A stretch of 63,661 bases of DNA, counting the filler, from Chiloscyllium plagiosum (Eukaryota), in NCBI RefSeq assembly GCF_004010195.1. It is 3 parts of one record of this genome, joined end to end, with 100 filler letters (N's around TTAATTAATTAA, not from the genome) between each part and the next. Parts side by side here need not be neighbours in the genome. Positions count along the whole stretch, not along the records: positions 16,204 to 41,917 come from NC_057710.1; positions 42,018 to 63,661 come from NC_057710.1; 1 more part is not named here. One strand, 5' to 3'. The stretch's first letter is position 1. Every line of letters begins with the position of its first letter. This document shows, one piece after another, positions 36,990 to 49,924 of the stretch. The position numbers and the translations under genes were made by a program. Below the pieces are notes generated by a model, which saw only the letters and a list, made by a program, of their open reading frames with translations, did no database searches and was not told the origin of the DNA.

Positions 36990-37505
36990 AACAAATGTAG
37001 ATTGCTGCCAAGATTAGAGGGGTGCTGGAAAAATACAGCAGGTCAGGCAGCACCCAAGGAACAGGAAAATCGACATTTCAGGCAAAAACCCTTCCTGATT
37101 ACTCTAATCTTGACTCTAATCTCCAGCATCTGCAGTACCCACCTCCGCCTAAATCGAGATTGCTGTTAAATCTTTCATCTTTTCAAATGGGTTGCAGGCT
37201 TCAGTTCATTAATATGTAAATAACAGAATTTCTTTTAAATTATCTCAAGAATGTGATTTAAAAGAAGTTCTGTGATTTACATATTAATGAACTGAAACCT
37301 GCAACCCATTCTAAAAGATGAAAGACCTAACACCAATCGAGGTTTCTTTAATGTATCATTTTAATTGCATGACACTGTGATCTTTTGCTATAAATTCTGT
37401 ATGTTACGATCCTGCCCAACCTGATGAAGGAGCAATACTCTGAATGCTAGTACTTCCAAACAAACCTCTTAGATTATAACCTAGTGTTTTGTGATTTTTA
37501 ACCTT
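36990..37505 (+). mobile_element. PLE family D 3' region with a nested family A remnant (37015-37150)
   Basis: Reverse-complement similarity to 57215-57480; cctgatgaaggagcaatactctgaatgcta is a decayed hammerhead. Confidence 0.65.
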
Positions 37506-37689
37506 ATATATAAAGGTATTGGTTTTGTGGTTCATCACTATCTTTGCGTCAACAGTCACCTAACCTTGTGAAATATCTGCCCAAAACAGATTTCAATGAC
37601 TCATGAAATAGAACCCCCAAGCTTCCATTCTGCTCTATGTTAAGTTTTCTAATAGTCCTATTCTTCCATATTCTAGAATTTGGTAGGCA

Positions 37690-37925
37690 AAATATTAATA
37701 CCAATGAAATGGCAATAATGTCTGTGTTCCAATCCCACCACAGCAAATAGTAAAATTTAAATTCAATACATATCTTGAAGAGAGAGATGGCTAACAGCAA
37801 CCACTGTCGATTGTTGTAAAATAAATTCCTTTGGTTCACTACAGTCTTCTAGGGAAAGAAAACTGCTGTCCTAACCTGCTCAAACCTACCCACAACAATA
37901 TGGTTGACTCTTATCTGACCTCTGA
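37690..37925 (+). mobile_element. decayed tRNA-derived SINE (same family as 35975-36210)
   Basis: gattgttgtaaaa..ttggttcact..agggaaagaaaactgctgtcct..tggttgactctt..ctctgagca. Confidence 0.6.
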
Positions 37926-37944
37926 GCATTTTGCAATGCGCCAT

Positions 37945-39345
37945 AAAACCCAGGGAACTATAGATCAGTGAGCCTGAAATTGGTGGTGGACAAGTCGTTC
38001 GAGGAAATCCTGAGGGACAGGATTTACATGTACTTTGAAATGCAAGGATAGTTTAGGGATAGTAAACATGGCTTCACGTGTGGGAAATTGTATCTCACTA
38101 ACTTTATTTGTCAGTCAGCTAGATTAGATTAGATTACATTACAGTATGGAAACAGGCCCTTCGGCCCAACAAGTCCACACCGACCCGCCGAAGCGCAACC
38201 CACCCATACCCCTACATTTACCCCTATACCTAACACTAGGGGCAATTTAGCATGGCCAATTCACCTGACCTGCACATCTTTGGACTGTGGGAGGAAACCG
38301 GAGCACCCGGAGGAAACCCACGCAGACACGGGGAGAACGTGCAAACTCCACACAGTCAGTCGCCTGAGTCGGGAATTGAACCCGGGTCTCTGGCGCTGCG
38401 AGGCAGCAGTGCTAACCACTGTGCCACCGTGCCGCCCACGGGGCTAGTGGGGCAGGATACATAGGACACAGAATATATAGTAAAAGATCAAAGTGTCATA
38501 CAACTGATGTGATGTATTAGACAAACCTAGAATGCTGTTAAGTCTTTAATCATTTAGAATGGGGATGCAGGTTCTGATTGATTGATATGTAAATCCCAGA
38601 ATTTCTTTCAAGTCACTGTCCCAAGATAACTTAAGGTTTTATCAGTATATAAAAAAATGGTGACTTACTATATGAAGTTTAGTAAAGCGTTTGACAAGGT
38701 TTCTCATGGTAGACTGGTTAGCAAAGTTAGATCACACTGAATAGTTGGAGAACTAGCCATTTGGAAACAGAACTGGCTAAAAGGTAGAGGACAGAGAGTA
38801 GTAGTGGAGAGTTGCTTTTCAAACATGAGGCCTGTGACCAGTGGTTTGCAACACAAGAATTGGTGGAGGATTCACTGCTTTTTGTTATTTATATAAATGA
38901 TTTGAATGTGAACATAGAAGGTATGGTTTGTAAGTTTGCAGATGACACCAAAATTAGAGGTGTAGTGCACTGTGAAGAAAGCTTCCTCAGAGAACAACGG
39001 AAGCTTAATCAGAGGAGCCAATGGGCTGAGGAGTGGCAGATGGAGTTTAATTTAGATAAATGTGAGATGCTGCATTTTGGAAAGGCAAATCAGAGCAGGA
39101 ATTATACACTTAATGGTAAGGTCCTGGGAAGTGTTGCTGAACAGAGATCTTGGAGTGCAGGTTCATAGTTCCTTGAAAGTGGAGTCATAGGTTGATAGGA
39201 TAGTGAAGAAGGCATTTGTTGTCTTTATTGACCAGTGCATTGAGCATAGGAGTTGAGAGGTCATGTTGTGGTTGTACAGGACATTGAATACCCACTTTTG
39301 GAATACTGTGTGCAATTCTGGTCTCCCTGCTATAGGAAGGATGTT
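37945..39345 (+). mobile_element. CR1 RT fragment with nested HE1 SINE and PLE-D piece (38462-38660)
   Basis: LLFVIYINDL..KFADDTK..WQMEFNLDKCE. Confidence 0.88.
38121..38437 (-). mobile_element. full-length young HE1-type V-SINE
   Basis: tRNA head with A box TGGCACAGTGG and B box GGTTCAATTCC; V-domain gtttcctccgggtgctccggtttcctcccacagtccaaaga; CR1-like tail and (TCTAA)n; CpGs retained. Confidence 0.93.
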
Positions 39346-39349
39346 GCCA

Positions 39350-41365
39350 TAGAGTCATAAAGATGTATAGCAGAGAAACAGACCCTTCAGTTCAACTAGT
39401 GCATGCCAACTAGATATCCCAACCTAATCTAGTCTCTTTTGCCAGCACTTGGCCCATATCCCTCCAAACCCTTCCTATTCATATACCCATCCAGATGTCT
39501 TTTAAATGTTGCAATTGTACTAACCTCCACCACTTCCTCTGGCAGCTTGTTCCATACGCATAGCACCCTCTGTGTGGAAACATTGCCTCTTTGATTCCTT
39601 ATATATCTTTCCCCTCTCATACTAAACCTATGCCCTCTAGTTCTGGACTCCTCCAACCCAGAGAAAATACTTTGTCTATTTATCCTATCCATGCCCCTCA
39701 TGATTTGACGTTCCAGGAAGAACAGTCTCAGCCTATGCAGCCTCTCCCTATAGCTCCAATCCTCCAACCCTAGCAACATCCTTGTAAATCTTTTCTGAAC
39801 CCTTCCAAGTTTCACAATATCCTTCCAGTAGGAAGGAGACTGGATTTGCATGCAATATTCCAAACGTGGCCTAACAGCTGCAACATGAGCTCCCAACATG
39901 AGCTCCCAACTCCTATACTCAATACTCTGACCAATAAAGGAAAGCATACCAATAGCCTTCTTCACTATCCTATCTACCTATGACTCTACTTTCAAGGAGC
40001 AATGAACCTGCACTTCAAGGTCTCTTTGTTCAGCAACACTCTCTAGGACCTTACCATTGAGTGTTTAAGTCCTGCTAAGATTTGCTTTCCCAAAATGCAG
40101 CACCTCGCATTTATCTAAATTAAACTCTATCTGGCAGTCCTCAGCCCCTTAGCCCATCTGATCAAGATCCTGTTGTAATCTGAGGTAACCTTCTTCACTT
40201 TCCACTACTCTTCCAATTTTGATGTCATCTGCAAACTTAATATCTATGTTCATATCCAAATCATTTATATAAATGTCGAACAGTAGTGGACCCAGCACCA
40301 ATCCCTGTGGCGCACCACTGATCACAGGCCTCCAGTCTGAAAAACAACCCCCCACCATCACCTTCTACCTTTGAGCCAGTTCTGTATCCAAATAGCTAGT
40401 TCTCCCTGTATTCCATGAGATCTAACTTGCTAACCAGTCTCGCATGGGGAACCTTGTCAAATGTCTTATTGATATCCATATAGATCACGTCCACCGCTCT
40501 GCCCTCATCAATCCTCTTTGTTACATTTTCAAAAGTACCAGTTAAGCAACACACCATTCTGATTTTTCGCTGCTGGCTGCAGAAATGTCTGTCTGTGCCT
40601 CTGACTAGAGAGTCCTCTAACACAATTGATCAATTGGAACCCAGCATACCTCATTACATTAGAGCCTGCCTTGATACCAGAATTTTGGCTGTTCGTGCTA
40701 CATTCCCCTGAATGTCCATCACCCCCTACATTTTCCAAAACAGCATACTTGTTTGAGATGGAGATAGCCATCTTCCTTCCTATAACTGCCATCCATCACA
40801 CACCCCTAGATCTTATAAATTCCTCTTTGCCTCTAACTGATCCATTTGATCTGATAGGATTCATAACCAACATTTGTTGCAGATATAATCCTCAGTAACC
40901 CCTCTCAAAACTCCCACATCTGACAAGCAGAACCTATCACTCTACTAAAGGCCATTTTGCTCCTTCCAATCTACAGACCCAAAAAATAGCACTGTCTTAT
41001 TGCTCTACAAACACTGCTCCAGGCTAACTTAATACATATCGCTTACATTTTTAAAATTTAATCAAGAGACAGATCCCAATAAAAACATATAATCAAGAAA
41101 GAACCTACTCTACTCATTATTAAAATTATTCACTGATCTGCTGTTGTTCTGTGACCTCTCCCAAACATGTTCCTCCAAGATCAATTGTGAGTTTTGCTGT
41201 TTGTTAAGTTTTCCTAGACACACACCGATGTCCAACAATACATGAATTCAGACAGCAAAGGCAGTTCACTGCTGTGTCAGTTAGCGTGTAGGTTTCTTTC
41301 TCTCTCTCCCTTACAGACCATGTGCTCACTGCTTTTGACTGTCTTTCTCCCTTCAAAATTGCCGC
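39350..41365 (-). mobile_element. internally deleted CR1: 5' region and ORF1 piece joined to RT and 3' tail
   Basis: ORF1 ISNKYAVL..DSLVRGTDRHFC..VCCL joined to IDEGRAVDVIYMD..FADD; (CTATGACT)-type tail at 39350. Confidence 0.88.
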
Positions 41366-41608
41366 TATTCAATCAGGAACAGGACATTGTTGTCAATGTG
41401 AGTACTGAGTCACAATTAATGTGCTGTTCCAGCAATAAAGTTTCAACTTTGATCTCCAGCATCTGCAGACCTCACTTTCTCCTTCTTTCTCTCTCTCCCT
41501 TACAGACCATGTGCTCACTGCTTTTGACTGTCTTTCTCCCTTCAAAAGTGCCGCTATTCAATCAGGAACAGGACATTGTTGTCAATGTGAGTACTGAGTC
41601 ACAATTAA
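41294..41608 (+). repeat. 126-bp direct duplication flanking a 63-bp PLE tail
   Basis: 41294-41419 matches 41483-41608 with one mismatch; insert is 41420-41482. Confidence 0.92.
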
Positions 41609-41917
41609 GTAGAATGGATGGCTTTGAAGTATGTAGAGAAGAGGTGTTGGAAATTCTGGAAAGGGTGAAAATAGATAAGTCCCCTGGGCCTGATGGCATT
41701 TATCCTAGGATTCTCTGGGAAGCAAAGGAGGAGATTGCAGAGCCATTGGCCTTGATTTTTATGTCCTAGTTGTCTACAGGAGTAGTGCCAGAAGACTGGA
41801 GGATAGCAAATGGTTCCCTTGTTCAAAAAGGGGAGTAGGAATAACCCTAGTAACTATAGGCCGGTGAGTCTCACTTCTGTTGTGGGCAAAATCTTAGAGA
41901 GAATTATAAGGGATAGG
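41560..41917 (+). mobile_element. CR1 ORF2 fragment running into the gap
   Basis: EEVLEILERVKIDKSPGPDGIYPRIL, NYRPVSLTS. Confidence 0.9.
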
Positions 41918-42017
41918 NNNNNNNNNNNNNNNNNNNNNNNNNNNNNNNNNNNNNNNNNNNNTTAATTAATTAANNNNNNNNNNNNNNNNNNNNNNNNNNN
42001 NNNNNNNNNNNNNNNNN
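41918..42017. other. 100-bp scaffolding gap marker
   Basis: 44 N + TTAATTAATTAA + 44 N. Confidence 0.95.
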
Positions 42018-42282
42018 TGACCTATCACCTTCATCCCCACCCCCATTCACCCATTGTACTCTTTGCTACCTTCCCACATCCTCCTCTCTGACCTATCACC
42101 CCCATTCACCTATTGTACTCTATGCTACTTTCTCCCCACTCCCACCCCCCTCTCATTTATCTCTCCACTCTGCAGGCACCCTGCCTCTATTCCTGATGAA
42201 GGGCTTTTGCCCGAAACATCGATTTTCCTGCTCCTCGGATGCTGCCTGACCTGCTGTGCTTTTCCAGCACCACTCTAATCTA
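42018..42282 (+). mobile_element. PLE family A 3' terminal repeat
   Basis: cctgatgaagggcttttgcccgaaacatc..ccagcaccactctaatctag. Confidence 0.9.
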
Positions 42283-42700
42283 GGTTTGAGTTATAGGGAG
42301 AGGCTAAATAGGCTGTAGCTATTTCCCCTGGAGGGTCAGAGGTTTATAAAATTGTGAGGGGCATAGATAGGATAAATAATCAAGTTCTTTCTCCAGGGTG
42401 AAGGAGTCCAGAACTAGAGAGCACAGGTTTAAGGTGAGAAGGGAAATATTTAAAAGGGACCTAAGGGCAACTTTTTCATGCAGAGGATGGTGCATGTATG
42501 GAATGAACTACCAGAGGAAGTGGTGGAAGCTGGTACAATTTCATCATTTAAAAGGGAAAAGAATAGAAAGGGTTTGGAGGGACATGGACCAAATGCTGTC
42601 AAATGGATCTAGATCTATTTAGGATATCTGGTCAGCAAGGATGTGTTGGACCAAAGGGTCTGCTTCCATGCTGTACATCTCTATTACTCTATGATTCTAT
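42283..42700 (+). mobile_element. CR1 3' end
   Basis: ESRTREHRFKVR; tail ctattactctatgattctatga. Confidence 0.85.
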
Positions 42701-44609
42701 GAACATCCCATTAACAAATAATAAAATAAGTGAAACATTAGCAGTGTTCCTAGAAGCTTCTTCCAACTTTCTCAAGCTCCCTTTTCAGGACTCCCAGCCC
42801 TTCTGTATTGCTGACTGCCATATAAATAGGCATGCTTTTCACCAATTCCATAATCTTTTCTGGTCTTCTCAAAGATATTCTTTTTTCTAATATCTATGAA
42901 GGAACAAAGTACCTAAGATTCGTAATCTGGACTTCAAAAGCAAGTGTCTGTCCATTTAGTTATTGAGTTTTTAATGTTATTGTACCTGAATTGTTCCGCT
43001 AATTACCACCCCAGCCTTCCCATTTTGTGTAACCTTTAAGTGCCTCTGTAACTCATTTGGATAGTTCCATATGGGTTGTTTATGCTCCTAGTGTTTCAGA
43101 ACTCTTTGAGATGGTTTATGTTCTCGGTTGTTCCTACTCATTTACCCTTATCTGTGATTCGTCTCCAATTCTTCCCCATCCCAGTTTGCCATCTGTCAGC
43201 AACTAGGAACTAACAGAAAGGCTGACAAGCAAGAGAAAGAGAAAGTAGGTCACACAAAAGTAAACAATATAAATAAGATAGTGAGGAAGAAGAAAACTCA
43301 GAAATGAGAAATAAATTGGGTCAGAAACAAACAGAGAAAAGAAAAAAAGTAATGTAATGGAAATCATTGCGCATTGAAAAGGCATTGTGTAGATGCTTTT
43401 TAAGAAAACTGTAACAACTGCACTCTTGGCTCATGATTCAGCACAAAGTAACTCAACTTTAACCATCAGAGGGAAGCAGTGAGTAAACAATTGGGACTTT
43501 GTGTACCACTTTTCTACCACTCCAAAACACTCACAAACAGGCAGACTCCTGTTACTATAAACATAAATGTAATTATAATGTACCAACACTAAAATAAAAT
43601 TGGTAAAAAATGCAGCACACATAATGCCCAGCCTAATCTCCATATGAAATATTGCAAATCAGCTTCAACTGAAAGTCAGCTTTCGACCAAGTGTCTTTAT
43701 TAGAGTTTAAGTAGCAGATGCTGCATTATAGATTAGTGATATTGTCCCATTGAGCATTTCATGAAAGCCATTTTCACGCAGCTCTTGTGTATTCACACCA
43801 CAAAATTTGTATCCTTCCTCATAATTGTCTTTTCATGCTAATTTCGAGCTTTTACATTCCATAACACTATCTCAACTCTGCAACACATTCTACCTAACAT
43901 ATCATTTTAATTTTGCATTTAACGTGCACGGCAGCATTTTCCTATAAAGAATAATATCAGGTGAGATTTTCCTCAGAATTGCAGAATTAAAACTTCTGCC
44001 ATTCAGTTTAACAGTACCCCATGTGGAATTTCGTCAAATGTTGCTCAATTACAATGTGGATTCCAAACACAATATCTCTCTGTGGAGAATCTGCCTCTGT
44101 GGAAGGAGAAAATTCAGGCCAATTGTAACAACGTGGCTCACTACAATATCAGAGACTGCTTCAGGAATAAAATCTAGTAGTTTAAACATTCTTCAACTGA
44201 GGTTTGCTGTCTGCAAGAGGATCCATGTTTTAGCCCTAAGGAAGTGCGTGAGAGGAATGCTGAAGGTTAACTTGATAAAGGTAATGTCAAGAATGGGTTC
44301 ATTAGCTTCTTCAGAGCAACTAAGGTCAAAGTATGTAGAGTTGGTGCACATTCGTCTGCTCTATCATTCTGTAAGATGATGGCTGATCTGTTTGCATTTC
44401 AAATTCAATGTTCACATCTGCTCCAATAACCCTTAATTTCCTTGTCTAAAAGGAATATATTCACCTCTGCCTTTAAAATATTCAGTAACGTCACCTCTAT
44501 TGCCTCCTAAGGCAGCCAGTTTCAAAGCTGCAATAAAACCATTAGATGCAGGAACAGAAGCAGGCTGTTCAGCCCATGGGGTCTGCTCTGCCAATCAATA
44601 AGATAATGG

Positions 44610-47462
44610 AGAAATAAGAAATGGATGATAATCTTATTGGGATTGTATTACAGACCCCCTAATAGTCAGAGGGAAATTGAGAAACAAACTTGTAAGGAGA
44701 TCTGTAAGAATAATAGGGTGGTTATGGTAGGGGATTTTAACTTTCCAAATATAGACTGGGACTGCCATAGTCTTAAGGGTTTAGATGGAGAGGAATTTGT
44801 TAAGTGTGTACAAGAAAGTTTTCTGATTCAATATGTGGATGTACCTACTAGAGAAGGTGCAAAACTTGACCTACTTTTGGGAAATAAGGCAGGGCAGGTG
44901 ACAGTGGTGGAGCACTTTGGGGCCAGCGACCATAATTCTATGTGATTTAAAATAGTGATGGAAAAAGATAGACCAGATCTAAAAGTTGAAGTTCTAAATT
45001 GGAGAAAGGCCAATTTTTACGGTATTAGGCAAGAACTTTCGAAAGCTGATTGGGGGCAGATGTTCGCAGGTAAAGGGACGGCTGGAAAATGGGAAGCCTT
45101 CAGAAATGAGATAACAAGAACCCAGAGAAAGTATACTCCTGTTAGGGTGAAAGGAAAGGCTGGTAGGTATAGGGAATGCTGGATGACGAAAGAAATTGAA
45201 GGTTTGGTTAAGAAAAAGAAGGAAGCATATGTAAGGTATAGACAGGATAGATCGAGTGAATCCTTAGAAGAGTATAAAGGAAGTAGGAGTATACTAAGAA
45301 GGAAATCAGGAGGTTAAAAAGGGGACATGAGCTAGCTTTGACAAATTGAATTAAGGAGAATCCAAAGGGTTTTTACAAATACATTAAGGACAAAAGCATA
45401 ACTGGGGAGAGAATAGGGCCCCTCAAAGATCAGCAAAGCGGCCTTTGTGTGGAGCTGCAGGAGATGGGGCAGATACTAAATGAGTGTTTTAGATTAGATT
45501 AGATTAGATTACTTACAGTGTGGAAACATCCCTTCGGCCCAACAAGTCCACACCGTCCCGCCGAAGCGCAACCCACCCATACCCCTACATTTACCCCTTT
45601 AACCTAACACTACGGGCAATTTAGCATGGCCAATTCACCTGACCCGCACATTTTTTTTTAGGATTGTGGGAGGAAACCGGAGCACCCGGAGGAAACCCAC
45701 GCAGACACGGGGAGANNNNNNNNNNNNNNNNNNNNNNNNNNNNNNNNNNNNNNNNNNNNNNNNNNNNNNNNNNNNNNNNNNNNNNTGCATCAGTATTTAC
45801 TGTGGAAAAGGATATGGAACATATATGTAGGGAAATAGATGGTGACATCTTGCAAAATGTCCATATTACAGAGGAGGAAGTGCTGGATGTTTTGAAATAG
45901 GTAAAGGTGGATAAATCCCCAGGACCTGATCAGGTGTACCTTAGGACTCTGTGGGGGGCTAGAGAAGTGAAGTGCTGGGCCTTTTGCTGAGATATTTGTA
46001 TCATCAATAGTCACAGGTGAGGTGCCGGAAGACTGAAGGTTGGCTAACGTGGTGCCACTGTTTAAGAAGGGTGGTAAGGACAAGCCAGGGAACTATAGAC
46101 GTCGGTGTTGGGCAAGTTGTTGCAGGGAATCCTGAGGGACAGGATGTACATGTATTTTGGAAAGGCAAGGACTGATTCAGGATAGTCAACATGACTTTGT
46201 GTGTGAGAAATCATGTCTCACAAACTTGATTGAGTTTTTTTGAGGAAGCAACAGAGGATTGATGAGGGCAGAGTGGTAGATGTGACCTATATGGACTTCA
46301 GTAAGGCAGTCGACAAGGTTCCCCACGGGAGACTGATTAGCAAGGTTAGATCTCACGGAATACAGGGCGAAGTAGCCATTTGGATACAGAACTGGCTCAA
46401 AGGTAGCAGACAGAGGGTGATGGTGGAGGGTTGTTTTTCGGACTGGAGGCCTGTGACCAGTGGAGTGCTACAAGGATCAGTGCTGGGTCCTCTACCTTTT
46501 GTCATTTACATAAATGATTTGGATGCGAGCATAAGAGGTATAGTTAGTAAATTTGCAGATGACACCAAAATTGGATGTGTAGTGGACAGCGAAGAGGGTT
46601 ACCTCAGATTACAACAGGATCTTGATCAGATGGGCCAATGGACTGAGAAGTGGCAGATGGAGTTTAATTCAGATAAATGCGAGGTACTACATTTTGGGAA
46701 AGCAAATCTTAGCAGGACTTATACACTTAATGATAAGATCCTAGGGAGTGCTGCTGAACAAAGAGACCTTGGAGTGCAGGTTCATAGCTCCTTGAAAATG
46801 GAGTCACAGGTAGATAAGATAGTGAAGACGGCATTTGGTATGCCTTCCTTTATCGGTCAGAGTATTGAGTACAGGAGTTGGGAGGTCATGTTGCAGCTGT
46901 ATATTGGTTAGGCAACTGTTTTGGAATATTGCATGCAATTCTGCTCTCCTTCCTATCAGAAAGATGTTGTGAAACTTGGAAGGGTTCAGAAAAGATTTAC
47001 AAGGATGTTGCCAGGGTTGGAGGATTTGAGCTATAGGGAGAGGCTGAACAGGCTGGGGCTGTTTTTCCTGGAGCATCGGAGCCTAAGGAGTGACCGTTTA
47101 GAGGTTTACAAAATTATGAGGGGGAAGGATAGGGTAAATAGACAAAGTCTTTTCCCTGGCGTTGGTGAGTCCAGAACTAGAGGACATAGGTTTAGGGTGA
47201 CGAGGAAAGATATAAAATATACCTACGGGGCAACATTTTCACACAGAAGGTGATACGTGTATGGAATGAGCTGCCAGAGGAAGTGGTGGAGGCTGGTACA
47301 ATTGCAACATTTAAGAGGCATTTGGCTGGGTATATGAATAAGAAGGGTTTGGAGAGATATGGGCCGGGTGCTGGCAGATGGGACTAGATTGGGTTGGGAT
47401 ATCTGGTCGGCATGGACGGGTTTCCATGCTGTACATCTCTTTGACTCTATGACTCTATGACT
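44610..47462 (+). mobile_element. longest CR1 copy: APE endonuclease plus RT plus 3' tail, with stops and frameshifts
   Basis: GLYYRPP, GDFNFPNIDW, LDL, SDHN; FADDTK; (CTATGACT)n tail; inserted in an older minus-strand CR1 tail that resumes at about 47460. Confidence 0.95.
45489..45715 (-). mobile_element. HE1-type SINE in CR1 ORF2 (head lost in gap)
   Basis: Nearly identical to 38121-38337. Confidence 0.9.
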
Positions 47463-48570
47463 GATCTGATCATCCTCAATCACACCTTCGTGCCCCTTTC
47501 TCTTGCACCTCTAACTGATTAAAAATCTGCCTATCTCAGACTTGAATAAACAGAAGACTTTGTTTTAACCAGCACTCTTGGTAAATCAACAGAAATACTG
47601 GAAGTTTCTTGTATTATTGCATTCTCCGCGATAACTGACAAATCAGTAGAGGGTTCGAGACGGCAAGTTCTATTTAGGTTATTATTAAGAAATTTATGCT
47701 GTAAGTAAAGTATAACAGTGATATATATACTGATTTATTACTTAGTGTGTGTTTTTACTTTGAATCTGTGCTCAACTAGAATATTTGATCAACTGGTACA
47801 CTCCTAGTCCTATAAGTACTAGTTAATAAAATGTTTGCTGTATATTCAGGTCTGAGGTCAGTAAGAGAATCAAGGTGTATAGGGGTAACCAGCCTCTACA
47901 GTTCTCTGTGGTGAAAAATTCCACAAAGTCATTACCTTCCAAGAGAAGAAATTCCTCCTCACCTCTGTATTAAACGGGTGTAACATCTTTGGCTATTTTA
48001 CTCTTTGGTCCTAGATTCTCCCTCAAGGGGAAGCCACCTTTCTGCACATATTCTGTCAATCTCCCAAGAACCATCCATGTTTCAACTACGTGACCTTTCA
48101 TTCTTCTAAACTCCAATTAGTACAGACAGGAGCAACTCAACCTGTCATAAGTCAGTCCCACGATTCCCAGTATCAGGCTCTAACACCAATGTATCTTTCC
48201 TTAAGTAAGGGGACCAAAACCAATACTCCAGCATTGGCCTGATGAGAGCTTTGTATAGTTTTAGCAAATCTCCTTACTTTTATACTTCATTCTCTTTGAC
48301 ATAAAGTTCAATATTCTACTTGTCTTCCCTATTACCTGCTGAATTTGTGGGTTAGCGGTTTGAAGTTCATATGCAAGGACTTCCAAATCCCTCTGTGATC
48401 TACTTTTCTGCAGTGTTTCTCCTCTAAGGTAATATTCCTCTAAGGCACAACCCTCTGAAAGAAAATATTTATCCTCATCTCTGTCCTGAAATTGACTAAT
48501 TTTGAAACAGTGCATCTTAATTCTGGATTGACCCAAAAGAACAAGCATCCTTTCTATATCCACTTGGCTA
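47460..48570 (-). mobile_element. old CR1-like LINE 3' fragments
   Basis: SQRDLEVL..QIQQVIGK..YKSKE; tail section at about 44545-44608. Confidence 0.6.
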
Positions 48571-48857
48571 GATCATGATGTTAAGAATGGAATGTTGTAC
48601 AAACACAGAATGCTGGTGTAAGGCAACAGATCTAGTGACATCTCTGATGAGAGAAACAGAGTTATTTTGAGACTGGTATGAATTTTTTCAGAACTCTCTC
48701 CAGCTTTTTCTGTGTTTGTTTCAGCATTATTTTGCTTTCATTGTACAGAGTCAATGTGGTTACAATGGATTGAATGGCCTTTTGTGCTGTAACCATTCTG
48801 TGTTTTCATGGTCCAATATCTATAACTAACTCTTCTTCCTGCAAATATTCTTTTCAT

Positions 48858-49158
48858 AAAATCTCTACAGTTTGGAAAGAGGCCATTCAGCCCATTGAGA
48901 TGCACCAACCCTCTGAATAGCATCTTGCCCAAACCCAGCCCCCATCCTATCCCTGTAACCTCATATTTGCCATGGCTAATCCACCTAATGTGCACATCTT
49001 GGGACTCTGGGAAGGAACTGGAGCACCCGGAGGAACCCCATGCAGACATGGGGAGAATGTGCAGCTCCACACACAGACAGTCACCTGTGGGTGCAATTAG
49101 ACCTGACTGCTTGATGCTGTGAGACAGCAGTGCTAACCACTGAGCCACTGTGCTGCCC
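48858..49158 (-). mobile_element. older full-length HE1-like V-SINE
   Basis: gggcagcacagtggctcagtggttagcactgctg head, V-domain, CR1-like tail. Confidence 0.85.
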
Positions 49159-49539
49159 AGTGTAGAAGACTAACAATGGTAGCTGTTTCTTGTGAGGCAT
49201 ATCTAAGCAATGCCTTACAAACATTGAGATGGTTTCATGTGTCCTTCTCAAAGGTCCAGGGCAAAAGGGCTTCAATTCCTAAATCATTAGACAGTCATTT
49301 CAGAGCTTCCTACCTCACAGCAGGAAAAATAAAATGCACCAAGGGGAGACTCAATGCTGTTAAACAGTGAGCAAGTTGTCAGATCTCCTTTCTCATTGAA
49401 ACCTTTTGTTACTGTGAGGGATATCAGCAGAACGACATGGGACAAGTGGGGAAGTACTTGTGTGTTGCAGAAACTGAATGATGAGGTGTAAGAAGGAGGT
49501 TGTATCATTGTGATATAGTAAAAGAAGAATCTGATACGG

Positions 49540-49690
49540 TAACAGACAGACCTTGGTGAGTTGGGTACAAGTTTGTGCGATACAATAACAGACCTGTCTA
49601 GGCAAGTTGGGTACAAATCTGTGTGATGCAGTAACAAACTGATTTGGGCAAGACAGATACTTGTTTGATGTAATAACAGACTGATCTTCA
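49540..49690. repeat. degenerate 46-bp minisatellite (about 3.3 units)
   Basis: TAACA(G/A)AC unit starts at 49540, 49586, 49632 and 49674; agttgggtacaa is shared by units 1 and 2. Confidence 0.75.
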
Positions 49691-49924
49691 AACATGAATA
49701 ATGATAGCTGCACAGGAGAGGTGCATATCAGTAAGTGACAGAGTTGAGTTTGTTGCCATATGCCAATACGGTTATCAGGTCCCATTTACCAATGGATGGC
49801 ATATATTTACCTGAAACGCTCCTGTATGAGTCATACACAAACCAACTATTGCTTTATGAGCACTCTGACAAATTGCTGGGAGGGGGAGTTGGTAGGTTGG
49901 AGGGGGATAGTATGCATGTAACTT

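Noticed and set aside
38370..38437. tRNA gene (A and B boxes)
   Set aside because: This is the tRNA-derived head of an HE1 SINE, continuous with the V-domain and LINE-like tail.
41242..41769. 175-aa ORF with an internal 63-aa-period repeat
   Set aside because: A by-product of the 126-bp duplication fused to a CR1 fragment.
49540..49690. CRISPR-like repeat/spacer periodicity
   Set aside because: Whole units are homologous, there are no unique spacers or cas genes, and the context is vertebrate.
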